NCBI GenBank assembly: GCA_964395625.1
Contig: CAYNAR010000001.1
Coordinates: 64,019 to 128,018, forward strand
Reading direction: 5' to 3'
Length of the DNA stretch: 64,000 bases
Origin: an uncultured Gammaproteobacteria bacterium
GTDB lineage: Bacteria; Patescibacteriota; Patescibacteriia; Patescibacteriales; WJLG01
In this document: positions 54,300 to 63,323 of the stretch, one piece after another
Layout: every line of letters starts with the position of its first letter
How positions within the stretch are numbered: position 1 is the stretch's first letter
Translations under genes and position numbers: made by a program
Notes under the pieces: model-generated
The model's input: the letters and a program-made list of their open reading frames with translations, nothing else
What the model was told of the DNA's origin: nothing
Database searches by the model: none

Positions 54300-54518
54300 A
54301 AACAAGCCTTTTGGGGCTTGTTTTTGGTTTCTGGAAGGATTTAATCGTGGTTGCGGTGTTTGTTTGTCCTGAAAAATAGGTGGTTTTAAGGCCATTTTGG
54401 GGTCTTGAAAACACTTGCAATTTCTATTTTTTTGTGTTATATTATGGCTTAATCTAAAAATGGCAAATATTGCCAGTTTTTTGTTTAAAAAGTCTTAATC
54501 ACAAATCCGACCTCAAAA
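54297..54518 (+). repeat. R1 repeat copy 9 (T1, part B, promoter, T2, degenerate right end)
   Basis: AAACAAGCCTTTTGGGGCTTGTTTTTGGTTTCTGGAAGGATTTAATCGTGG...CTTGCAATTTCTATTTTTTTGTGTTATATTATGGCTT...TGGCAAATATTGCCAG. Confidence 0.85.
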
Positions 54519-54528
54519 CAAAGTATTT

Positions 54529-56403
54529 ATGCAACTAATTAAAAAAATTTCGTTAAAAGGTTTGTTTTGTTTTGTAATATTGCCTATTTTTTTAAGTTTA
54601 TTTTCTTTACCAAAAACAGAAACAAGGGAAATAAATATAAATAAAGAAGATTTTCCCTACATACTTAATTATGATTGGGGGAACAACAAGGATGAACATT
54701 CGCTTAAGTATGTGTTTTTAAAGATGTTGGATTCAACATTAAAATTGGAATTTTATAACATATGCTTAAACAATGATTCGTATATAGAGAAAAATGGTAA
54801 AATAATTTTAAGAGATGATTTAGTGCCGCCAATGGGAAATCTAAGCGTTGACGTATATCCTTTAGCTGAAAATTTCAAAATATATAATTACTTTCAATTT
54901 TTAAAATATAGAAACAAGGACTTTATTGATTACAGCGGAAAAGGATTAGAATATAGTAAGACCTTGATTTCGGAGCCCGGGAAAACAAGATGTTTGAAGC
55001 AATTAACAGATGAAGATGGTTTTTTGTTTACTGGCATAAAAATAAAGACTCTTGGCGCCACCTGGATTGGTATTAAGGATGATTCTGGGGGACATTCGGT
55101 GACCGTAGACACTGATACGTATGTGGAATTTTTTGGTAATTCCAAAATATTTATAAAAACAAACTGGTTGGCGTTATTAATTAAATTTTTTATTTTATTT
55201 TTTCTTTTTGAAGGAATAATTCTCATGTTATCGTCTGTGGTAGAAAAAGTAATTAAAAAACAGATAGCACGATTTAAACAAATAGAAAATCCAATGAAAA
55301 AAATCCTAATTCTTAACTACGAATTCCCGCCCTTGGGCGGCGGTGCAGCCAACGCCACATACTACCTATTAAAGGAATTTTCCAAATTCCCGGATTTAGA
55401 ATTGGATTTAGTAACTTCTTCTGTCGATAAGTTTAGAGTCGAGCAATTCAGTGACAATATTCGCATTCATTACTTAGATATAAACAAAAAAGGCAATCTT
55501 CACTACCAAAGCATTAAAGATCTTTTAACTTATTCTTGGAAAGCCTATAAATACTGTAAAGAATTAAAGAAAAAAGAAAAGTTTGATTTGATTCACGCTT
55601 TTTTTGGCATACCTTGTGGTTACATAGCGATGAAATTGAAAATTCCATACATTATAAGCTTAAGAGGTACGGATGTTCCATTTCATAAAAAAAGATTTTA
55701 TTGGCTGGATAAGCTGGTGTTTAAAAATTTAAGCAAGAAAGTTTGGAAAAATGCAAAAGCTGTTATTTCCAATTCTAAGGGGCTTAAAGAACAAGCGCAA
55801 AAAACAAATGAAAAACAAATAATAGATGTTATTTGCAACGGCGTTGACACTGATTTTTTTTGCCCATTATTGAATAAGCAAGTTGGCAACAAAATAAAAT
55901 TAATTTCCGTCGGCAGATTAGCCCCGGAAAAAGGTTATGATTATCTAATTAAAGCATTTGGTGGGCTTAAAGATTTTGAATTAACACTGATCGGCTCCGG
56001 AAAAGCAGAAGAAGATTTAAAAACCCTAGCAAATGAATATAAAGTTAAGGTTAATTTTCTTGGTCGGCAAGAAAAAGAAGTTGTTAAAAAAGAATTTCAA
56101 AATTCAGATATATACATTTTGTCATCACTAAAAGAGGGGATGTCTAACTCCATGATGGAGGGCATGGCCTGTGGCTTGCCGGTAATAGCAACAAACGTTA
56201 GTGGTAGCGAAGAATTAATAAAAGGCAATGGATTTATTGTTGAAAAAGGTGATTCCAAGGCTATTTCTGAAAAGCTTAAGGTTTTTCAAGATGATAAAAA
56301 TTTGATTTTAACAATGGGTAAAATTTCCAGGGATTTAGCGGAAAAAATGAGCTGGAAAAATGTTGCCGATGAATATTTAAATATCTATAATTTAAAACCA
56401 TGA
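54529..56403 (+). CDS. Fusion ORF: N-terminal unknown TM domain plus C-terminal GT4 glycosyltransferase (internal ATG 55294)
   Basis: MKKILILNYEFPPLGGGAANATYYLL begins at residue 256; SLKEGMSNSMMEGMACGLPVIATNVSG. Confidence 0.7.
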   Translation: MQLIKKISLKGLFCFVILPIFLSLFSLPKTETREININKEDFPYILNYDWGNNKDEHSLKYVFLKMLDSTLKLEFYNICLNNDSYIEKNGKIILRDDLVPPMGNLSVDVYPLAENFKIYNYFQFLKYRNKDFIDYSGKGLEYSKTLISEPGKTRCLKQLTDEDGFLFTGIKIKTLGATWIGIKDDSGGHSVTVDTDTYVEFFGNSKIFIKTNWLALLIKFFILFFLFEGIILMLSSVVEKVIKKQIARFKQIENPMKKILILNYEFPPLGGGAANATYYLLKEFSKFPDLELDLVTSSVDKFRVEQFSDNIRIHYLDINKKGNLHYQSIKDLLTYSWKAYKYCKELKKKEKFDLIHAFFGIPCGYIAMKLKIPYIISLRGTDVPFHKKRFYWLDKLVFKNLSKKVWKNAKAVISNSKGLKEQAQKTNEKQIIDVICNGVDTDFFCPLLNKQVGNKIKLISVGRLAPEKGYDYLIKAFGGLKDFELTLIGSGKAEEDLKTLANEYKVKVNFLGRQEKEVVKKEFQNSDIYILSSLKEGMSNSMMEGMACGLPVIATNVSGSEELIKGNGFIVEKGDSKAISEKLKVFQDDKNLILTMGKISRDLAEKMSWKNVADEYLNIYNLKP

Positions 56404-56828
56404 AACACATAATACGTTGCATTTGGTTTATATTTTTTATTAAATCAAAGGTTGTTTTTTTAAGATTGCTCGGGGTAAAAATAGGAACCAATGTGAGAAT
56501 ATATACAAAAATAAGCAATTTAGATTTGCTGTATATAAAAAATTTAAGCATTGGTAATAATGTGACTATAACAAAAGATTGCAAAATATTTGTTCACAAT
56601 GGAGCAGTTTCCCAGTTAAAAAGAATGGGGGTGGAAAAAGACTTGATAGCACCTGTTAAAATAAAGGACGATGTTTTTATTGGTAGCGGTTCTATTGTTT
56701 TGCCGGGCATAGAGATTGGCTCCAATAGCATTATTGGAGCTGGTAGTGTGGTTACGAAGTCGGTTCCTGGTAACTGTATCGTGGCGGGCAACCCAGCAAA
56801 AGTAATAAAAACTTCCGTTGATTATTAA
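56400..56828 (+). CDS. Hexapeptide-repeat (LbH) acetyltransferase
   Basis: IGSGSIVLPGIEIGSNSIIGAGSVVTKSVPGNCIVAGNPAKVIK. Confidence 0.8.
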   Translation: MKHIIRCIWFIFFIKSKVVFLRLLGVKIGTNVRIYTKISNLDLLYIKNLSIGNNVTITKDCKIFVHNGAVSQLKRMGVEKDLIAPVKIKDDVFIGSGSIVLPGIEIGSNSIIGAGSVVTKSVPGNCIVAGNPAKVIKTSVDY

Positions 56829-56838
56829 ATATTAAAAC

Positions 56839-57771
56839 ATGAAGAAAGTTTCCATAGGAATACTAAATAGAAATGGTATTGATAGACTTAAAAAAACCGT
56901 AAACTCAGTGTTGAATCAGGACTATGAAGATCTTGAAGTTGTATTTTTTGACAATGGATCAACCGACCAGAGTATTGATTTTTTGCGTAAATTTGAACAA
57001 ATAAAAATTGTTCAATCAGACAGCAATCTTGGTTATGGGAAAGGAAAGAATAGGTTGGTGGAAAGTTGTTCTGGTGAATACATCTTACTTCTGGATAATG
57101 ACATAGAATTAAGAGATGCAAAAACTATCTCTAAATTACTTAGAGCATGCGAAGAGTGTGGCGGGGAATGTTTTATTTCTCCTTTAGTTTTGGATGATGG
57201 ATCGGACACAACAACAACCGGCCTTTTTTATTCAAAAGTTTCGAAACCACAAAAGCTTAATAAAATAGAAAATTTTGGATTGATTGAAATCGGTGCCTAT
57301 AGAGGAAATACCGTTTTCTTCAAAAAAGATGTTTTTTTGAGGCTTGGAATGTATGATGAGATATACCCTTTTAATATAGATGATTATGACATGAGCGCTA
57401 GAGCAAGTATCAACGGACTAAAAATTTTCACTTACACGGATTGCGTAGTGATACATCACGGAATAGAAAGTCGCATAAACGCCAGTTCTTTGGCTTGGAA
57501 GTATAAATATCATTTTTGTGGATTCTGCAGGATGATGGTAAAAAATTACGCATTAAAAAATTTACTCTTTTGGTTTCCGATTGTTTTTGTTTGGATTACA
57601 ATTAAGGCTATAAGAAATTCTTTTTTATCAAAGAGTTTGAAGCCTTTTTTTTCCCACCTGCTTTCAATCTCTTATTTCATAAGAGATATTAAAAGCTCTC
57701 TAGCTGAGAGAAAAAAAATTCAATCACACAGGAAGAATAAATTAGATTCGTTTTTAGCAATAAAACCTTAA
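56839..57771 (+). CDS. GT2-family glycosyltransferase
   Basis: VSIGILNRNG; VVFFDNGSTDQS; ILLLDNDIE (DxD). Confidence 0.75.
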   Translation: MKKVSIGILNRNGIDRLKKTVNSVLNQDYEDLEVVFFDNGSTDQSIDFLRKFEQIKIVQSDSNLGYGKGKNRLVESCSGEYILLLDNDIELRDAKTISKLLRACEECGGECFISPLVLDDGSDTTTTGLFYSKVSKPQKLNKIENFGLIEIGAYRGNTVFFKKDVFLRLGMYDEIYPFNIDDYDMSARASINGLKIFTYTDCVVIHHGIESRINASSLAWKYKYHFCGFCRMMVKNYALKNLLFWFPIVFVWITIKAIRNSFLSKSLKPFFSHLLSISYFIRDIKSSLAERKKIQSHRKNKLDSFLAIKP

Positions 57772-57777
57772 TAAAAA

Positions 57778-58653
57778 ATGAAAAAAAGAATTTTGTTTAT
57801 AATTAAATTGCTTATATTTTTAGTTATATTTTTTTATTTATTTAAAAAGACAAATTTTAGCGATCTTTTAAATAATTTATCAAAAGTAAAAATTGTATAC
57901 TTAATTTTGTCGATGTTTTTATCTGCGTTTACGACCTTTTTAATGTCCACTAGACAAAGGATGATTTTGGGACTTAAAGGGGTTCGTATTGGAAGACTGA
58001 GAGCCTTTTTGATAAATTATTACGCACAGTTTATAAATAATTTCTTTTTTGGTTTTGTTGGTGGCGATGCCTACACAACCATGTCTATAGAAGGCGATAA
58101 AAAGACTGTTGTTAAGGGTGTTTTATTGGATCGCCTTACTGGAATGTTCGTTTTAATTTTAATGTCAGTTCCTGGTGTTATTTTTTATTTTTTTAATAGA
58201 AATGAATATTCAAATGTTGTGCAAATAAAGATTCCTTTTGCGATTGTCTTGTTTATTTGTTTCTTTTTGGTTGCTGTTTATTTTTTTATTTTTAAAAAAG
58301 ACTTTTTTTTAAGCAAATTAAATAGTATAAAAAAAATACTTCTTCATAGAAATATTTTGTTTTTGGCAATAGCCATACAAATTTTGATGATTTTAAATTT
58401 GAATTTAATTTTTTTATCTCTTGGTTGGCATATATCTTATTTAAATCTTTTTCTTTTTGTTCCGTTAATAAATTTAATAATAACTTTACCAATTAGCATA
58501 AAAGGCTATGGTTTTAGGGAGTTACTAATATCGGTGTTTTTTGGGATAAACATTAGCGAGGTTCTGGTTTTTACTATTGTAAATACAGCCGTTACTATAT
58601 TGCACACTTCAATTGGTGCTAGCTTAAATATCATTAATAATAAAAAAAATTAG
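57778..58653 (+). CDS. Polytopic membrane protein, flippase-like (LPG-synthase TM-region-like)
   Basis: About 8 TM; N-terminal KKRILFIIKLLIFLVIFFYLFKK pattern; weak assignment. Confidence 0.4.
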   Translation: MKKRILFIIKLLIFLVIFFYLFKKTNFSDLLNNLSKVKIVYLILSMFLSAFTTFLMSTRQRMILGLKGVRIGRLRAFLINYYAQFINNFFFGFVGGDAYTTMSIEGDKKTVVKGVLLDRLTGMFVLILMSVPGVIFYFFNRNEYSNVVQIKIPFAIVLFICFFLVAVYFFIFKKDFFLSKLNSIKKILLHRNILFLAIAIQILMILNLNLIFLSLGWHISYLNLFLFVPLINLIITLPISIKGYGFRELLISVFFGINISEVLVFTIVNTAVTILHTSIGASLNIINNKKN

Positions 58654-60593
58654 TTGGTATTATTTGAAAACAGCATAACTCCCTCTTTTTTGTATATTTG
58701 TTCGAGATTGTTGTTTTTAATGAAGTTTATAAAAGCATCATCTTTGTATTGGTTGGTATCTAAAATTAGATATACTTTATCATTCAATTTGTTAAATTCT
58801 ATAGTATTGGCAAAAGGTAGACCATCGTAATAATCAACCTCAACTCCAGCAGCGTTGAAATATATTTTGGAAACTTTTCTTTTGATTGTATAATTAGCGT
58901 TTACTCCGTAGTAACCAGAAATAAGTCCATTTCCGGTTATGATTATTCCCCCCTTTTCCTTATCATTTGTTTCATTGTTAAGATATGCAGATGCTTCTCT
59001 CCATGAGTATCTGTTTTTTTGTAGAGATGAGTTGTAGGCTATTTTGGATGATGGGAGTAAAAAAGCATCCCTTATTGACGAAATTGAAGTTAAAATTAGG
59101 ATTAATGTTATTAAAAAAGCAAGTTTCTTTTTGTTTGTCGAGGATGACGTAAGTAGATACAAGTTTCTTATTCCAAGAATTAACACAACTGGGTATGTAT
59201 ATATTATATATCTCTCAACCTTTGTCACTAACACAAAACTCATAACAAAAAAAGAATACATAACAAATATGAACAATGCTATGCTGATATTTTTTGTTTT
59301 TTTATTATCTCGCAGAGCTAATAAGGGGCTTATTAAGAATAGTAAACTTAAAAATAAAAAATTATTATAAAATAGTTTTACATAAAAAAGCACCCCATTA
59401 TCTAGAAAACTGTATCTAATAGCCTTAAACAGGAAATATATTACTGTTTCATGAAAGAAAAAAAATAGAATTAATATCATTAATACAAAAGATATTAATA
59501 TGCTATTTCTTTTGATTTTACTCATTGAATCCCTTGTCTTATAAATATTAAGACAAACAACGAAAAATACAAACGGTAGTATAACTGATAAAAGTTGATG
59601 GTTTATTACAGATAAGGACGTTGCCGCAATTAATAAGATTAAATTTAGATTATTTTTTTGGTATGTAAAATTGTATAAATAAATTATAATTAAGTGAACC
59701 AATAAAATTGTTAATGCGTAAAATCTAATTTCTCTCGAGTAGTTTATTAACCATAAAGAAAGACATACACCCACAGCTGTTAGTAATGCTATTTTTTTAG
59801 AATTAAATATTTTTTTTACTACTATGTAGTTTACCGGTATTGTTAAAGACCCTATGATTGCGAAAGGAATTCTTGCTGTCAACTCTGACACTTTATTTAA
59901 TAAAAAACTCAACGATAAAATAAAGATGGACGGCAAGCTAAAGAAATAGTTATTCCCAGATGGCAAAGTCATTCCGCTGCCGCTTAAAAAATTTTTTGTT
60001 ACCAGAACTAAAACTACTTCATCATTCCAAAAAGAAGGTAGTCCAAGATTTTTTATTCTCACATAAATACCGGTGATTGTTATAAAAATGAGACTAATTA
60101 TTATTATTGATTTGTTTTTTATTTTTTTGTTATCAAAAGATTGTTTGATGCGATCATTGTCGGTTATTTCAATATCACTTTTTTTATTTGTTGTATTGTT
60201 TTTGAAATAAAAAGTAAAGAGACCAAAGATAATAAAAAGAATTAATAAGTATTCATAGTTTTGTTCTAGAAGAGTTGTTATTTTTAGGATGTGGCTGTTT
60301 TTAATAAATTCAAGACAGTTTTTTGCTATTATGGCTATCGTGAAAAAATAAAAACCAACTTTAAAGATGGTTTTTATTTTTTTATGTATGATTCCTGCGT
60401 TTTGTTTGCTGAAAAAAAATAACCAGGCGAAGAAAAAAATAATATCAAAAGAAATGAGCCAATGACTGTCTGCGAATGTACTAAAAGATGAAATTGATAA
60501 GTAATTTAAAATAGTTAATATAAAACACAGGCAATATAAATTGCCAAAAAATAAAGCAAAAGACAACCTGTTTTTTTTAAAGAAATTTTCCAT
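58650..60593 (-). CDS. GT-C fold (ArnT/PMT-like) membrane glycosyltransferase
   Basis: About 12 TM; SFWNDEVVLV (DE loop motif); large C-terminal soluble domain. Confidence 0.5.
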   Translation of the reverse strand: MENFFKKNRLSFALFFGNLYCLCFILTILNYLSISSFSTFADSHWLISFDIIFFFAWLFFFSKQNAGIIHKKIKTIFKVGFYFFTIAIIAKNCLEFIKNSHILKITTLLEQNYEYLLILFIIFGLFTFYFKNNTTNKKSDIEITDNDRIKQSFDNKKIKNKSIIIISLIFITITGIYVRIKNLGLPSFWNDEVVLVLVTKNFLSGSGMTLPSGNNYFFSLPSIFILSLSFLLNKVSELTARIPFAIIGSLTIPVNYIVVKKIFNSKKIALLTAVGVCLSLWLINYSREIRFYALTILLVHLIIIYLYNFTYQKNNLNLILLIAATSLSVINHQLLSVILPFVFFVVCLNIYKTRDSMSKIKRNSILISFVLMILILFFFFHETVIYFLFKAIRYSFLDNGVLFYVKLFYNNFLFLSLLFLISPLLALRDNKKTKNISIALFIFVMYSFFVMSFVLVTKVERYIIYTYPVVLILGIRNLYLLTSSSTNKKKLAFLITLILILTSISSIRDAFLLPSSKIAYNSSLQKNRYSWREASAYLNNETNDKEKGGIIITGNGLISGYYGVNANYTIKRKVSKIYFNAAGVEVDYYDGLPFANTIEFNKLNDKVYLILDTNQYKDDAFINFIKNNNLEQIYKKEGVMLFSNNTN

Positions 60594-62285
60594 TTATTTT
60601 TTTACTTTAATTTTTATTTTACATAGTTCACCCATACCATAGAGTGAGAGTGTTGTGCTTTTGTTTTCTGTTAGTAATATTTTTTTATCGGAATTTTTAG
60701 AGGCGGAAACCGTTGGTATGATTTTAATGATATTTATTTTCCCTTGTAAATAATTTGCACCGCCATGTTTTGATAATCCAATTGTTAAATCAACTTTATT
60801 GTCGCCATAATCTTTGTAGATTGTTTCATTAGCAAAATATTCACGACCGGCAAAAACGCCATCAACGAAAAGTTCGATGTAGCCGTTAGTTGTTGGTTGC
60901 TGACAAATACTTTCTTCTATAACAACTGGATTCCCGCCTTCGCGGGAATGACAAGCGGAGGATGTTGCCGTAGAAACAGGGGAATAGACGGCAAGGAGGG
61001 TGTGCGGCTTATTAAAGAAAGCTTCGTTTACATTGTAGGATATGCTATATGCTGGTCCAGTTGATGATGACATGCGACCAACTCTAAAATAAACAGCATT
61101 CTCATTCTGCCATATTTCCCAATTGTAGTGGCCAATGATCTGTTGGCCATTTTCGGCCTTTTCCGGCGTCCATTCGGCGTAAACGGTAAAAGGGCCATCT
61201 TCGAATTTATCGGCGGTGTTGGGCATTACAAGGCGTGTAGAACCATCTAGGACGATGGAATCGTCTTTGGTGTCGATCAATGACGGTTTTACGGGGTGAA
61301 ACAAAAAGGATTGGACTGCGGATGTTCTTGATACGCGAAGCGGTGGAAGTGTCATTCCTAGCCATTCTTTGGAGGCTATGGAGGAGTTGGCCTCGCCGTC
61401 GATTTGCGATTTCTCTTCTTTTGCGATGACCATGCTTACAGCCTTGGCGTTCTCGTTCTTGTCGGTAGTAAGGTAAAGGTTTTGGCCGTCGAAAGCGACG
61501 ATGGCTGTTCTTTTCTCTCCAAGGAAATAATCCGGAAGCTGGTATTTAAGAGTTTGATCTTTGTATTTTAAGACCATCTCTTTTTGGTTTTGGGTCAAGG
61601 AGATGTCGCCGGTTAAGAGGGGGACGGATTTTTTGGCCAGCCAGGTCAATTCAAGGGAGAATCCTTGATAGAAGCGCTTCGATTCATAATTGCCAACCAT
61701 GAGAGGTTCGTCGTTCTCTTCATAAGGAAGTTGGGCGCACAACCCATTTCTTTTGCCGACAGCACTGCAATCAATTCCTTTTAGATTGGAATTGATTATC
61801 ACGTTTTTTATCGGTTCCGATTCGGTGTTCTGGAATTTTTCGAAGATTTGTTTTTCGGATAGTTCGGCTTGGAAGTATTGTTCTATGTTCTGGGCGTTCC
61901 AATCGTAGTCCCATTTAACGTCGGTAAGGTCTGGTGGCAAAATGAAAGACACGCCGGAGGAGGCGGTGAGTTCGGCTTCGATGGTGGCATTTCTTAGAAC
62001 GACTTTCGGTTCATAGACCGCATAGGCTAAGCCGTCGAGGTAACGGAAGGTTTGGCCGTCTAATTCTTGTCTGGCACCCAGCGCCGGGCTCATTTCGAGG
62101 CGAAATTCGCCTTTGTCGTCGTTTTTAGCGCCGACATTTATGGTTAGGGTCTTTTGGTAGCCGAAGGGGAGGAAATTGAGGTAGAGGATGGTTAAAAGGA
62201 CCGCGGCGGGGATGACCCAGGCGGCGATCAATATGTAGTTCGGCTTTTTGAGAAGCTCTATGAGTCTATTTAAAAATTGTTTCAT
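60594..62285 (-). CDS. N-terminally anchored LamG/ConA-like lectin-fold protein
   Basis: TM near N-terminus; GYIELFVDGVF...DLTIGLSKHGGANYLQGKINIIKI; carries an in-frame palindromic insert at 60925-60955. Confidence 0.55.
   Translation of the reverse strand: MKQFLNRLIELLKKPNYILIAAWVIPAAVLLTILYLNFLPFGYQKTLTINVGAKNDDKGEFRLEMSPALGARQELDGQTFRYLDGLAYAVYEPKVVLRNATIEAELTASSGVSFILPPDLTDVKWDYDWNAQNIEQYFQAELSEKQIFEKFQNTESEPIKNVIINSNLKGIDCSAVGKRNGLCAQLPYEENDEPLMVGNYESKRFYQGFSLELTWLAKKSVPLLTGDISLTQNQKEMVLKYKDQTLKYQLPDYFLGEKRTAIVAFDGQNLYLTTDKNENAKAVSMVIAKEEKSQIDGEANSSIASKEWLGMTLPPLRVSRTSAVQSFLFHPVKPSLIDTKDDSIVLDGSTRLVMPNTADKFEDGPFTVYAEWTPEKAENGQQIIGHYNWEIWQNENAVYFRVGRMSSSTGPAYSISYNVNEAFFNKPHTLLAVYSPVSTATSSACHSREGGNPVVIEESICQQPTTNGYIELFVDGVFAGREYFANETIYKDYGDNKVDLTIGLSKHGGANYLQGKINIIKIIPTVSASKNSDKKILLTENKSTTLSLYGMGELCKIKIKVKK
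60930..60949. repeat. Small palindromic element ATTCCCGC-CTTC-GCGGGAAT inside a coding sequence
   Basis: 8-bp perfect stem; translates as HSREGGNP in the LamG-like protein. Confidence 0.7.
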
Positions 62286-62449
62286 AATAATACCGGTTGA
62301 TTGGAAAAAAATATGGCCGAAATTGGCCTTTTTGGTTTTCGTTAAATAGTAACTAAAATTTGCTAAAATGTCAATGGTGGTTTGTTCGAATATTCGTTTT
62401 ATGGTAAATTAGACATTAGGGAGGGGAAAATGATAAAAATGCTTTGTAT

Positions 62450-62477
62450 TTGACATTTTTTATCATCGTGTTATAAT
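62450..62477 (+). promoter_or_regulatory. Promoter TTGACA-16-TGtTATAAT
   Basis: Consensus hexamers plus extended -10; upstream gene is divergent. Confidence 0.65.
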
Positions 62478-62483
62478 TATTAT

Positions 62484-62590
62484 ATTGAATCAATCAATTG
62501 ATTGGCAGATTATTGAAGAAAGGCTGAAAAATCCATTGTTTTACTAAATCCCCACCCCATTCCCGCAAGGGAGTGCGGTGGGTTTTTTTT
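62484..62590 (+). ncRNA. Structured leader/short RNA ending in a strong terminator 10 nt before the NYN start
   Basis: Palindrome CAATCAATTGATTG; 14-bp stem CCCACCCCATTCCC-GCAA-GGGAGTGCGGTGGG plus T8 (62551-62590). Confidence 0.5.
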
Positions 62591-62600
62591 GGGGAATTTT

Positions 62601-63164
62601 ATGTCTAAAAAAACAAAAAGAGTGGCTATTTTTATTGATGGAAGTAATTTGTATTATAAATTAAAAGATTTGAAGGTTAAAAATAAAACCAAATTTGATT
62701 ATTTTGGTTTTTGTGGCTTATTGGCTGTTGATAGAGAAATAGTTTTTTGTAAGTACTATGTTGGAGAGGTTAGAGCAAAGAAGGGTGATGAAAAATCTCG
62801 TATAATGTTGTCTATGCAACAAAAGCTATTTAGTCATCTTGTTAAACAAGGAATTGTTGTAGAAAGAGGGTATTTAATGGAAAATGATGGCAAGTTTCAT
62901 GAAAAAGGTGTTGATGTGAAAATAGCGACGGATATAATAATAGGCGCTTATGAAAATATTTATGATGTGGCGATTATAATTTCCTCTGACACGGATTTGA
63001 TCCCTGCCATTAAACAAGCACGAAAGTTAAATAAAACTATTGAGCACATCGGATTTTCTCATGCCCCAACATTTGGCCTGCAAAAACACTCTGATTTTAC
63101 TAGGTTGTTTATTTATAATGACTTGAAAGAGTTCATAGAAGAAGACGATATTGAAGTAAAATAA
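62601..63164 (+). CDS. NYN (LabA/DUF88-like) domain protein, second copy
   Basis: VAIFIDGSNLYYKL; EKGVDVKIATDIIIGA; DVAIIISSDTDLIPAIK. Confidence 0.75.
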   Translation: MSKKTKRVAIFIDGSNLYYKLKDLKVKNKTKFDYFGFCGLLAVDREIVFCKYYVGEVRAKKGDEKSRIMLSMQQKLFSHLVKQGIVVERGYLMENDGKFHEKGVDVKIATDIIIGAYENIYDVAIIISSDTDLIPAIKQARKLNKTIEHIGFSHAPTFGLQKHSDFTRLFIYNDLKEFIEEDDIEVK

Positions 63165-63323
63165 AAAAGGGGCCTTTGATGTTATCGCAGGGACCTTTTT
63201 CGTCTTGATAATTATAGTATATACCGTAGTTGCTCAATTGCCAATAATTTGGTTGCAGATTAATGTGGTAATTTAATTTTACAATGAAAAAAGGAGTTGC
63301 ATTTGGCAACTCCTTTAAAAATG

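Noticed and set aside
40037-54518. CRISPR array as an explanation for the regularly spaced repeats
   Set aside because: The repeats are 230-340 bp mosaics, not 25-40 bp units. The spacers are 0.5-2.5 kb and contain genes. No cas genes are present.
40037-54518. Classical integron (attC sites plus IntI)
   Set aside because: There is no IntI-like integrase or attI in the window. The repeats are far longer than attC sites (about 57-141 bp) and lack recognisable RYYYAAC/GTTRRRY cores. I kept this only as an analogy in the findings.
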